Part shown: piece by piece, positions 1 through 8,161 of the stretch
Numbering within the stretch: the first letter of the stretch is position 1
Layout: the number at the start of each line of letters is the position of its first letter
Assembly (NCBI GenBank): GCA_031458695.1
Contig: JAVKJW010000032.1
Location: 1,446 to 21,919 of the forward strand
Direction: 5' to 3'
Source of the DNA: Candidatus Thermofontivivens primus
GTDB lineage: Bacteria; Sysuimicrobiota; Sysuimicrobiia; Sysuimicrobiales; Thermofontiviventaceae
DNA: 20,474 nucleotides
Made by a program: the position numbers and the translations under genes
The notes under the pieces: model-generated
Seen by the model: the letters and a program-made list of their open reading frames with translations, nothing else
Database searches by the model: none
Told to the model about the DNA's origin: nothing

Positions 1-100
1 TGCGGATGTGTACATAGAGGTTTGCCTCCCTGAGCGCGGCCATCTCCTCTTCGAGGAAGCGGAGCTTCTCTTCTGTTTTAATGAACTTCACGAAATTCAT
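1..100 (-). CDS. 5' part of a PLP-dependent alpha-oxoamine synthase (glycine C-acetyltransferase Kbl / BioF-like). Runs off the window edge; native start replaced by the IS630 end
   Basis: Minus strand 79->2 translates as KTEEKLRFLEEEMAALREANLYVHIR, resembling the Kbl/BioF N-terminus (..L.EEL..L+..GLY..IR). The only upstream in-frame ATG (100..98) lies inside the IS630 terminal repeat. Only ~26 host codons are visible. Confidence 0.5.
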   Translation of the reverse strand, partial: MNFVKFIKTEEKLRFLEEEMAALREANLYVHIR

Positions 101-1210
101 GTAACATGAAGACCTGTATACCGAAAGAAACCTTCGAGGACTTGATACCGATGACTGAGGCGCCGAAAAGCACGGCGAACCAGACGTTGCAAGTCTTCCA
201 GAGAGCTGGGCAGGGCATTGAGCATCTCCTGCTTGACGACCCCGTTGCAGGGTTCCTCGGGGTTCAGCTCGGGCGAATAGGGAGGGAGCCACTCCACCTG
301 GTAGTCCTCCTTGTGGGCACTGAGGAATTCCTGTACCTTCTTTGCTCGGTGGGCCGGCAACCTGTCCCAGACTATGATCAAGGGATGTCCCATCCTCTTC
401 CGGAAGTAGCGCAGGGCCGTCAGCACCTTCTGTGCGCAGATGCTCCCCTGGAAGTGCCGTGCAAACAACCGGGCAGGACCATCGAGAGGAGCCTGAAGGG
501 CAACGATGCTACTCACTTCCCTTCTCTGGCTGACGCGCCTGAGGACTGGGGGATGTCCAATAGGAGCCCAGGTGGTCCCGAAGCGGGCCCGAAACGTGTA
601 ACCCGTCTCGTCCACGAAGGCAACCGCACACCCTCTTCGGCGAGCGTTTTTTTGATCCTGGGCCAGTCGCGCTTTAACCATGCCTCCACCAGGGCCTCGT
701 CCCGTTCCCGTGCCCTGGGGATCGGTCGCTGTGGGCTCCATCCCCTCGCCCGTAGACATCGACCAAGGGAGCGTGGGTGGTATCTCACCCCGAATTCCCG
801 CCAGATGACCTCTGCGATCCGTTGCAAGGTCCAGCGCTCGGTGGGGAAGCCTGCAGCAATGGCCCCTTTCTCCAAAATCTGCAACAGGCGCTGCCACTGT
901 TCCTCGCTTAGCTTGGAAGGTCTTCCCGGATGCGGACGAGCCCGCAGGCCGCGGATCCCTTCTTCCTCCAGGCGCTGCTTCCATCGGGTCACAGTGGCAC
1001 GGCTCACTCCCATGCGGCGGGCGATCTCGGCTTGGGAGAGCTTACTAGCCCGTAAAAGCCGAGCCGCCGCCATGCGCCGCTCCTCCATCTGGGCTGGCGT
1101 CAGCCGTTTGGGTCTCCAGACCGTTACCATCGTCGAACCACCTTTGACAAAGAATGCTCATGAAAGATTCTACCTCTCAGATCTTGTTACTTCAACTTCG
1201 TGAGGGACAT
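81..1210 (-). mobile_element. IS630-family insertion sequence, 1130 bp, TA at both ends
   Basis: Imperfect terminal inverted repeats: 79-106 TAATGAACTTCACGAAATTCATGTAACA vs reverse complement of 1185-1212 TAATGTCCCTCACGAAGTTGAAGTAACA (22/28, including the flanking TA at 79-80 and 1211-1212). Encloses an IS630 transposase. Confidence 0.93.
97..1130 (-). CDS. IS630-family transposase, two ORFs joined by a probable programmed -1 frameshift (~344 aa fusion)
   Basis: ORF 513..1130 encodes the HTH/winged-HTH part (SQAEIARRMGVSRATVTRW, WT...I...FGV.Y, GWSPQRP). ORF 97..984 encodes the DDE part (FVDETG, IVWDRLPAH, LPPYSPELNPEE). An A7 run (T7 at 647-653 on +) joins PRIKK to NARRRG. Confidence 0.93.
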
Positions 1211-1212
1211 TA

Positions 1213-1673
1213 GGACGTCGCTGTGAAGGGGTGGAACTCGAGACATATTACCACAAGCTAAGTGAGGCGGCTCATTGCGTTATCGTATACAAGGGTATCC
1301 GGGAATGTCTGACTAAGTTGAGGTCTTCTGATGTTGCGCTAGCTGTATTTACGGAGCCAGTCTTCGCGCCTCTATCATTCTTCTCGGGGCTACCGAACTG
1401 CTTCCCTACTTCCACGGTCCTTGTTGGCGGCGAGGAAGTTACCTGACCGAAGCCTTATCTGATATGGAATTCTCTTGGTGTGCCAACGATTGCGGTGTCG
1501 CCTAGCTCGGCCGCATACGTGTGGATGCACCGGTCGCTATGGGAGCAGAGCGGCGAGCTAGTGCGCTTGCCTTGGGTGCTGCATGGGGACATCAGTTTCG
1601 TATCGAAGCCGAGGCGGATTTTGCTTTGTTCCAAACCACCAACTTATTGCATTTCGTCTCATCCGCGGGTTAG
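1213..1673 (+). pseudogene. HAD-IA family hydrolase (phosphoglycolate-phosphatase-like) pseudogene, 5'-truncated by IS630
   Basis: Stitching frames gives VYKGIRECLTKLRSSDVALAVFT/GASLRASIILLGATELLPYF/TVLVGGEEVT*PKP/GILLVCQRL/VSPSSAAYV/DAPVAMGAERRASALALGAAWGHQF...* (TAG 1671-1673), i.e. HAD motifs II-IV. Several frameshifts and an in-frame TGA. Motif I (DxD) is absent. Confidence 0.8.
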
Positions 1674-1954
1674 GATGTCTATCACATCCGAAACACCGCT
1701 AGTCTCCGAGCGAAGCAACTTTTCAATCTATAGTTGTCAATATCTGCCCGGTGGGTCACCATAGAGACGGCCTTTCCGCTCACTCATGACCATGGGCCCT
1801 GCAGCCGTTGTTCATCCACTCGTCAAGAGAGGGAGGGACGCACTCCCTCTAGAACTCATCCGACCACGACATCACAAGATTACAGATTTGCAAGTGTTTC
1901 CCCAGATTTTCCATGCCGCAAGCGGGGGAAGAGGGTCAGACCGCCTTTCACAGG

Positions 1955-2099
1955 GTGCAAGCCTTGCCTGCTAGAGCACATGATGCCCTCAACCGACTAC
2001 TATGTCCACTGAGCGGTTGATGGCAGCGCTGATCCGCTCGATCCAGCAGTTGGGAAAGCGTGGGTATCTGTAGCTGGGTGACGTGGTCGTGCAGAAGAA
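1955..2099 (+). pseudogene. Probable DDE transposase fragment (IS701/IS4-like N-terminal part)
   Basis: Two frames give ARAHDALNRLL and STERLMAALIRSIQQLGKRGYL*LGDVVVQKK, resembling the 'SHD.L.R.L' and 'GYLxxDD.V..K' motifs. Truncated by the IS end at ~2100. Confidence 0.4.
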
Positions 2100-2182
2100 G
2101 CACGATATGCGGGTTCCCTTCGGATACCTTCCTCATTTGAGGCACCGAATCAATTTCGAATACCTTTTTTGTGAGGCGACTC
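2100..2182. repeat. Solo copy of the upstream end of the rve-type IS, a direct repeat of 3452-3534
   Basis: About 70/83 identical to 3452-3534 by manual alignment. Contains two sub-repeats TTCG(G/A)ATACCTT..N..TGAGGC. Confidence 0.85.
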
Positions 2183-3407
2183 ACCCTGTTGCCTCATTGA
2201 AAAAGGTATCTGAAAGCTGATCCGTTACCTCATAAAAGAATGTACTCATCCTGAGGTACCTCCTTGCCTGTCGATGAGGGTGGACTACTGGTTTTGAGTG
2301 CCAGATCATCAGATATTGCTGGAGCTTAGAGATCCCCCGGCGTAAGGCTGCAGGGTTTAGGGTTGCGTACATCTTGCTCAGGGAGGCTTTCTGCTCTTCA
2401 GAAGAATCTGGCGAGGCCAGGACGCGTTGGTAAAGGGTCTTGGGTGTGTCGTAGATCTTGCGAACCTTGGCACAGTTCCGCTCCTTGCGGATGAGCTTCT
2501 GGACCGGCTGGAAGATATACGACCGGAGCCGATCATAGAGTTGATTGAGGGCCTCCACCTGCTCAGGCCGATCGTAGCGGAGGTAGCCCACTGTTCGGCG
2601 GACCACGGCCCAGTTCTTCTGCTCGACATGACAACTGTCATTCCTGCGGTTGGGCCTGGAGCGTGTGAACGTGATCTCTTGGGCAATGCGGAAGCGGAGC
2701 AGGTGGTTGTTGATGAACCCAGAGCCGTTGTCCGAATCGATCCCGCGAATAGGGAAGGGGAAGGCCACTAGCTTGCGCTGGAGGGCCTCGAAGACCCACC
2801 GCTGGGCCTTGTTGGGGACGGCGAAAGTTTCGGTCCACTGGGTGGCGACGTCGACCATGGTTTGATCAAGCCCCCGCGGGGATTTCCGCCATCGTGAGCC
2901 ACTAGGTCCACCTCCAGGAACCCTGGGGAGGCGTCATCCCACTCGGCAAAAGTTTTAATGGAGATGCTCTGCTTGAGTAAGGTCCCTGGTTTAGTCCCTG
3001 AGCGGTCCTTGATCTGTAGACGTTTGCGCTCAGGAGCGAGGAGGCGGTCAATGGTGGCGGCACTGATCTGGAGCAATCTCTGACGTACCTCAGGGGTTAG
3101 GTGAAGTTCACCAAAGCGCTCAAGGATCGGCACGATCTCCTGCAGGAACGGCGCTAGGCGTTTGCCTGAAGCAAAACTCCTCACGGCCCACACGCGGTGG
3201 AGGGCCTCCTTCACCTCCTCGCCATAGAGCGGCTTGCGCCCCGGTCGGCTTCGGAGGGGAGTCGGGCCCTCCTCCTTCCCTGCGGTGATATCCGAGGAGT
3301 TCTTCAGCCTGATCCAGAATCCTGCCCTTTTCTTTCTTGCTGGCGGTTTGGTGCCTTTGAGCGAGCTCATGGAGCACCGCTTGCCTCTCGCGAAAACTCA
3401 GCGGCAT
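2181..3407 (-). pseudogene. rve-domain transposase pseudogene (three frames)
   Basis: ATG 3407 with GGAGG RBS: MPLSFRERQAVLHELAQRHQTASKKEKGRILD. Frameshift ~3285 to GRKPLYGEEV...ISAATIDRLL...PGFLEVDLVAHDGG. Frameshift ~2870 to MVDVATQWTE...GIDSDNGSGFIN...FTRSRP..NDSCHVEQKN. Confidence 0.88.
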
Positions 3408-3534
3408 CTCGCCTACCTCCCTTGGGGTCATGGGATGACCACCCTTTCGAGGCATGATAGGCAGGTTTCCTTCGGATACCTTTCTATTTTGAGGCAACGA
3501 ATCGATTTCGAGTACCTTTTTTGCGAAGCAACTC
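2186..3534 (-). mobile_element. Decayed IS with rve/integrase-core DDE transposase (ISNCY/IS481-like) and long bipartite terminal inverted repeats
   Basis: Left end 2188-2250 (GTTGCCTCATTGAAAAAGGTATCTGAAA..GTTACCTCATAAAAGAATGTAC) is an imperfect inverted repeat of 3470-3532. Encloses the transposase pseudogene. Exact terminal bases are uncertain. Confidence 0.8.
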
Positions 3535-3540
3535 GAGACA

Positions 3541-3569
3541 TTGACAGCTGTCAAAAAGTATGGTTTAAT
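3541..3569 (+). promoter_or_regulatory. Sigma70-type promoter of the gntR operon
   Basis: TTGACA (3541-3546), 17 nt, TTTAAT (3564-3569) with extended TG at 3561-3562. The -35 is half of a perfect palindrome TTGACAGCTGTCAA (3541-3554). Confidence 0.8.
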
Positions 3570-3571
3570 GA

Positions 3572-3597
3572 GGATAAGATGTTATAACAGCATATCC
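3572..3597. promoter_or_regulatory. Putative GntR operator
   Basis: GGATAAGATGTTATAACAGCATATCC: 11/13 pairs palindromic with perfect core TGTTATAACA (3580-3589). Lies just downstream of the -10; GT...AC type typical of GntR-family operators. Confidence 0.6.
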
Positions 3598-3607
3598 GAG
3601 CACTGCG

Positions 3608-4390
3608 ATGGGGATCACTCGCACAAGTCCTACACCTCTCTACTATCAGCTGGAGCTCATGCTCCGCAAACAGATCGAGAGCGGATCGCTTCCGCCAAAC
3701 GAGCGATTACCCTCAGAGCTGGAGTTGGCCAGACAATTTGGAGTAAGTCGGATCACTGTACGACGTAGTCTAGAACGCCTCGCCTCGCAGGGTCTCGTTT
3801 ACCGCCGATCGGGCAAGGGGACTTACGTAAGCCCCCTCCCCCGCGTGCAAGTGAAAATCGAGCGTAACCTTGCAAACCTCCTAGGGTTTGAAGAAGATCT
3901 CCGCCGCAGTGGAGGGGTGCCCGAGGTTCGAGTGTTGAAAAAAGAGTGGATCCCCGCACCCGAGGATGTCGCTTCCCGCCTGGAGATTCCTCCTGGTACC
4001 GAAGTATTCCACTTACACCGACTAGGAATAGTGGACGGAACACCTCTCTGGGTTGAAGAGCGCTATTTCCCTAAGAGTCTCGCCGCCGGCTTACAGGATC
4101 ATCACATCGAATCACCCTCTATCGTCGCACTCCTGGCACGCGAATATGGGAAGAAGATCACTGCTGCGTCCATCCGCATTGAAAGCGTGGGAGCGACGAA
4201 GGAGGTCGCTGCGCTCTTGCATATAAGGTCAGGGTATCCTCTCCTTGCTGTCCAATTCACCACATATGCCGAGGATGTACCCATCGACGCTATGCAAGCC
4301 TACTTCCGCGGCGACAGGTATGCCTATGCGTTCCGTCTGGAAGCCAAGAACGCTGGAATCCTTAGGCTCCAGGAGGAAAAGGCCAGATGA
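3608..4390 (+). CDS. GntR-family transcriptional regulator, HutC subfamily (wHTH + UTRA)
   Basis: PLYYQL...LPSELELARQFGVSRITVRRSL..L...GLVYRRSGKGTYV, followed by a UTRA-like C-terminal domain ending FRGDRY. ATGA overlap with the next gene. Confidence 0.95.
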   Translation: MGITRTSPTPLYYQLELMLRKQIESGSLPPNERLPSELELARQFGVSRITVRRSLERLASQGLVYRRSGKGTYVSPLPRVQVKIERNLANLLGFEEDLRRSGGVPEVRVLKKEWIPAPEDVASRLEIPPGTEVFHLHRLGIVDGTPLWVEERYFPKSLAAGLQDHHIESPSIVALLAREYGKKITAASIRIESVGATKEVAALLHIRSGYPLLAVQFTTYAEDVPIDAMQAYFRGDRYAYAFRLEAKNAGILRLQEEKAR

Positions 4391-5433
4391 TATCCCTCGA
4401 AGCCACTATCACTAAAGTTGCAGAAAGTATTGACAGATTGTGCACGATCGAGATCACTGGGCGCGGCGTTATCGGGCCCCTGTATACTGCGGCGCGTGCC
4501 CGTCAGGGTTACCCTCTTTGCATGGAGGCGGCGAGAAGACTTGCAGAACAGGTCCGCCCCGGGGATGCGGTAATCATCGCAACAGGGTTGCCAACTTATC
4601 CCTGGTTCTACGGAGAACAAGATGGGCCGGTGGGGGCGGCCACGTTGGCTCGTGCACTGGTACTCGGGCTGGCAGCTCGGCCCATCGTCCTCACGGAAGC
4701 GATCCATGTGGATATGTGCCGGGCGGCACTGCGAGGAGCTGGCCTCTATGCCAGGGACATTGAGAGTGCGTTGAGGCTACCTACGACTGGGGCAGTAGCT
4801 CCGTTCCCAATTGATCCCCAGGAATCCGTCCGGGAAGCGGAGATCATTCTTGAGAAGGTTCAACCAAAGGCTCTGATCGCCATTGAACGTCCCGGAGCGA
4901 ATGAACATGGTCATTACCACGGAGCGAAAGGGTTTCAGCTCACGGATCATTGTGCCAAGATTGACGTCCTGTTTGAGCGAGCAAAACAGGCAGGGATCTT
5001 GACCATTGCTATTGGTGATGGCGGGAATGAGCTAGGATGCGGCTTGATCCGAGACGTAGTCGTGGCAGAGGTCCCTTATGCGGCCCGTTGTCAATGTCCA
5101 TGCTCCGGAAGCATCGTGCCTACTTTTATCCCCGATGTGTTGGTTATAGCGAGTATCTCGAACTGGGGAGCTTATGGAATCGAGGCATCGCTTGCCCTTC
5201 TTTTGGGGCGACCTGAAGTATTGCATTCCCGCGAAGTGGATCGAAGGGTACACGAATTGACTGCTGCCGCTGAAGCGAATAACGACGGGCCGGGGTTGCT
5301 CGATCCGGGGACCGACGGGGTCCCAGTGCACCTTCATGGGCATCTGGTGGAGCTTCTCTCCTTCATGGTTCAAAGTGGCATGGATTTCGGAAGGCTGTAT
5401 AAAGAGCCACGCTATCCCTGGCTTTCTACCTAG
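4387..5433 (+). CDS. DUF4392 / D-glutamate cyclase-like protein
   Basis: Family motifs IATG, EQDGPVGA, IAIERPG, IGDGGNELG, SNWGAY. 348 aa. Confidence 0.85.
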   Translation: MISLEATITKVAESIDRLCTIEITGRGVIGPLYTAARARQGYPLCMEAARRLAEQVRPGDAVIIATGLPTYPWFYGEQDGPVGAATLARALVLGLAARPIVLTEAIHVDMCRAALRGAGLYARDIESALRLPTTGAVAPFPIDPQESVREAEIILEKVQPKALIAIERPGANEHGHYHGAKGFQLTDHCAKIDVLFERAKQAGILTIAIGDGGNELGCGLIRDVVVAEVPYAARCQCPCSGSIVPTFIPDVLVIASISNWGAYGIEASLALLLGRPEVLHSREVDRRVHELTAAAEANNDGPGLLDPGTDGVPVHLHGHLVELLSFMVQSGMDFGRLYKEPRYPWLST

Positions 5434-5453
5434 AAAATAAGGGGGATACCTCG

Positions 5454-6500
5454 ATGAATGGGTTCTTAACGCCATCGGCGCTGCGATCCCGAATTTATAG
5501 CATCCCTAGGGTGAGGTTCGCCTTCCTTCCTACGCCTCTCCAGTATTGCCCCACACTGAGCCGGGAGTTGGGGATAAGCCTCTGGGTGAAGCGTGACGAT
5601 TTGACCGGGTTAGCTTTCGGTGGGAATAAAACACGCAACCTAGAGTTCCGAATGGCGGAAGCTCTCTCTGTAGGCGCGGATGTCCTAGTGTTCGGGGTCG
5701 AGGCCTCCTCCAACTCAGCACGACAGACCGCTGCAGCCGCAAACATGATAGGACTTCCTCTCATTCTCATATTACGTGGAAAGCCTGAGAGCTCACCACA
5801 AGGGAACCTCCTCTGCGATCTCATCCTTGGCGCTGACGTCCGTATCGTGGATGTTCCAACGATCCACTCCCTTGATCCCATTCTCAAGGAGACTGCTAAG
5901 GAACTGCAACGGAAAGGACACCGTCCATTCATCCTCAACCACGGGAAGATGTTCGCGACTGGAGCAGCTTTGGCCTATGCTGAGTGTCTCTTAGAGATCC
6001 TGGAACAAATGGATGGGCGGGTGCCAGATTACATTTACATCTCATCCGGAGGTAAAGGTCAGGCAGGACTCCTCCTGGCCAGCAAGGCTCTTGGGCTTCA
6101 GACCCATATTGTGGGTATTGCAGCTACCTTTAACGAGGATCCATGGGAAAGCGCAGCACGCATTGCTTCTGAAACAGCAAACCTCCTGGGTCTCGATCTG
6201 ATGATCTCTCCGAACGAGGTGGAGAATACACTAGAATATCTAGGACCCGGTTACGGGATTCCAACCCCTGAAGGGCTTCGCTCTATCTTACTCTTTGCCC
6301 GGAAAGAGGGAATTCTCCTCGACCCAGTGTATACAGGCAAGGCTGCTGCCGGGCTTTTAGACCATGTGCGTAAAGGCAAAGTTGCACCAGGATCAACTGT
6401 CGTGTTCATCCATACAGGCGGGCAACCTGCTCTCTTCGCTTACAGCAATTCTTTGACCCGATTCATGCAAGAGGAGGCTAGCCTATCCAGGGGCAGTTAG
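5454..6500 (+). CDS. D-cysteine desulfhydrase / ACC deaminase family PLP-dependent enzyme (not a canonical ACC deaminase)
   Basis: PTPL, VKRDDLTGLAFGGNK(59)TR, GN...D..LGA, GYG, EGILLDPVYTGKA, FIHTGG. Has YT rather than the YE of true ACC deaminases. Confidence 0.9.
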   Translation: MNGFLTPSALRSRIYSIPRVRFAFLPTPLQYCPTLSRELGISLWVKRDDLTGLAFGGNKTRNLEFRMAEALSVGADVLVFGVEASSNSARQTAAAANMIGLPLILILRGKPESSPQGNLLCDLILGADVRIVDVPTIHSLDPILKETAKELQRKGHRPFILNHGKMFATGAALAYAECLLEILEQMDGRVPDYIYISSGGKGQAGLLLASKALGLQTHIVGIAATFNEDPWESAARIASETANLLGLDLMISPNEVENTLEYLGPGYGIPTPEGLRSILLFARKEGILLDPVYTGKAAAGLLDHVRKGKVAPGSTVVFIHTGGQPALFAYSNSLTRFMQEEASLSRGS

Positions 6501-6518
6501 GAAAAAGGGGGAGATTCC

Positions 6519-8108
6519 ATGAGATTGCGATCAATTGCGACCATGCTGGCGGTTGCCAGTATTTCGCTCATCGTAGGGATTCCGACGGGTGCCCAAGGCA
6601 TGCGCACCCTCGTTTACGCCCAAAACGTCCCTGTCACAGCCATGGACACGGCAGGGACTGCGATCGGGACCGTTTACCCAGCAGGTTACGAAGCGATGTT
6701 CCTCGTATACGACGGCCTCGTGCGCTTTAATGAAAGGATGCAGATCGAACCCCAGCTTGCCACAGAGTGGTCAGTTTCCCCGGATGGTCGCACGTGGACG
6801 TTCAAATTGCGCCGGGGCGTGGTGTTCCAGGATGGCACTCCGTTCAATGCAGATGCAGTGGTATTTCACATTGCCCGTCAGGCCGATCCTCAACAGAATC
6901 CATCGAACAGACCTCTGTGGGATCCGGTATCCAGTGTCCGCAAGATCGATGAGTTCACTGTCGCGATCACCACACGAGAGCCTTTCGGCGCGTTCTTGAA
7001 TACACTTGCCCACGGCAGCGGCGGAGTTGTTAGCCCTGAAGCCGTGAAGAAGTATGGTGCTAATTTCAAGCTGAATCCTGTCGGTACCGGACCTTACATG
7101 GTGGAGAAGTGGGAAGTCGGGAGCCAGCTCGTCCTCAAACGCTTCGATCGCTACTGGGGAACACGTCCAGCATTTGACCGCATCATCCTACGCAACGTGC
7201 CCGATCCCGCCACGCGCATCGCGATGCTCCAAAGCGGCCAGGCAGATGTGATTAACGCAGTCCCGCCTGAAAATGTGGCTCAGCTTCAAGGTCTCCCAAA
7301 CGTTGAAGTCATAGCCAAGCCTGCACTGCGCACGTTCGGGTTTGCTTTTAACCTGAACCGTCCATTCTTCCAAGATGTACGAGTCCGACGGGCTTTCAAC
7401 TATGCCATCAACCGTAGCGCGATCATCAAAGTAATCTTTCACGGCTTTGCCACATCCATAGATTCCCCTCTCTCCCCTTTCACGATGGGGTATGCACCTG
7501 TGGGGAGGTATGAGTTCGACCAAGAGAAAGCAAGACAGTTGCTGGCGGAGGCAGGTTGGAAGCCAGGACCAGATGGCATCTTGCAGAAGGGCGGGCAGGC
7601 ATTTGAGATTACCATCCTGACGCCACAGGGCATGATGCCCAAGGATGTAGAAGTTACGCAAGCCTTCCAGGATTTCCTCCGGCGAATCGGGGTGCGCGCA
7701 AGGATCAATAAGGTTGAACCAGCCGTCTTCTGGGACTACTTGCGGGTACCTCCAGACAAGATATCCTGGGACATGGTGCTCTTCGGCTTCAATCCCTCTA
7801 ACGCCGATGGCGGTTATCACCTAACTTCGTTGTTTGAGAGCAATCCCAGTCATGCAGAGCGTCCAAAAGTGTGGAACTTTACCTGGTACAGCAATCCCAA
7901 GGTGGACGCTTTATTAAACCAAGCTGATCGCACCATCGACCCGTCGAAGCGTAAGCAGCTACTGGTAGAAGCTGCCCGTATCATCTGGAACGATGCTCCC
8001 TACGTCTGGCTGTACGCGGAAAACGTGATTGTGGCCAAGCGCAAGGATCTCAAGAACGTCGTTGTGCTACCTATTATCTTCACGATCCTACGCGAGGCCC
8101 AACCTTGA
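6519..8108 (+). CDS. ABC transporter substrate-binding protein, family 5 (DppA/GsiB-like), with signal peptide
   Basis: N-terminal signal (MRLRSIATMLAVASISLIVGIPTGAQ). Motifs YDGLV, LATEWSVSPDGRTWTFKLRRGVVFQDGTPFNADAV, PVGTGPY, DVRVRRAFNYAINR. GGGGGAGA RBS. Confidence 0.95.
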   Translation: MRLRSIATMLAVASISLIVGIPTGAQGMRTLVYAQNVPVTAMDTAGTAIGTVYPAGYEAMFLVYDGLVRFNERMQIEPQLATEWSVSPDGRTWTFKLRRGVVFQDGTPFNADAVVFHIARQADPQQNPSNRPLWDPVSSVRKIDEFTVAITTREPFGAFLNTLAHGSGGVVSPEAVKKYGANFKLNPVGTGPYMVEKWEVGSQLVLKRFDRYWGTRPAFDRIILRNVPDPATRIAMLQSGQADVINAVPPENVAQLQGLPNVEVIAKPALRTFGFAFNLNRPFFQDVRVRRAFNYAINRSAIIKVIFHGFATSIDSPLSPFTMGYAPVGRYEFDQEKARQLLAEAGWKPGPDGILQKGGQAFEITILTPQGMMPKDVEVTQAFQDFLRRIGVRARINKVEPAVFWDYLRVPPDKISWDMVLFGFNPSNADGGYHLTSLFESNPSHAERPKVWNFTWYSNPKVDALLNQADRTIDPSKRKQLLVEAARIIWNDAPYVWLYAENVIVAKRKDLKNVVVLPIIFTILREAQP

Positions 8109-8120
8109 ATTGAACTACGC

Positions 8121-8151
8121 AGGCGCGAGCCGGTCGCCCCGGCTCGCGCCT
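8121..8151 (+). terminator. Intercistronic stem-loop after the SBP gene (mRNA stabiliser or partial terminator)
   Basis: AGGCGCGAGCCGG-tcgcc-CCGGCTCGCGCCT, perfect 13-bp stem with no strong U-tail. Confidence 0.65.
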
Positions 8152-8161
8152 CTATCTTCCC

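Noticed and set aside
106..1203. 365-aa plus-strand ORF spanning IS630
   Set aside because: Antisense shadow of the transposase; no recognisable motifs or RBS.
1231..2012. Short ORFs 1231..1446, 1480..1764, 1734..2012 and 1786..1974 as real small genes
   Set aside because: The first two are frames of the HAD pseudogene; the others have no RBS or motif and overlap a probable transposase remnant.
2100..3534. Repeats at 2100-2250 and 3452-3534 as a CRISPR array or attL/attR pair
   Set aside because: Only a few degenerate units with no unique spacers of regular length, and no cas or integrase gene. They are explained as IS terminal repeats.
5454..6500. ACC deaminase (acdS) call
   Set aside because: Lacks the diagnostic Glu (DPVYEGK); has DPVYTGK.
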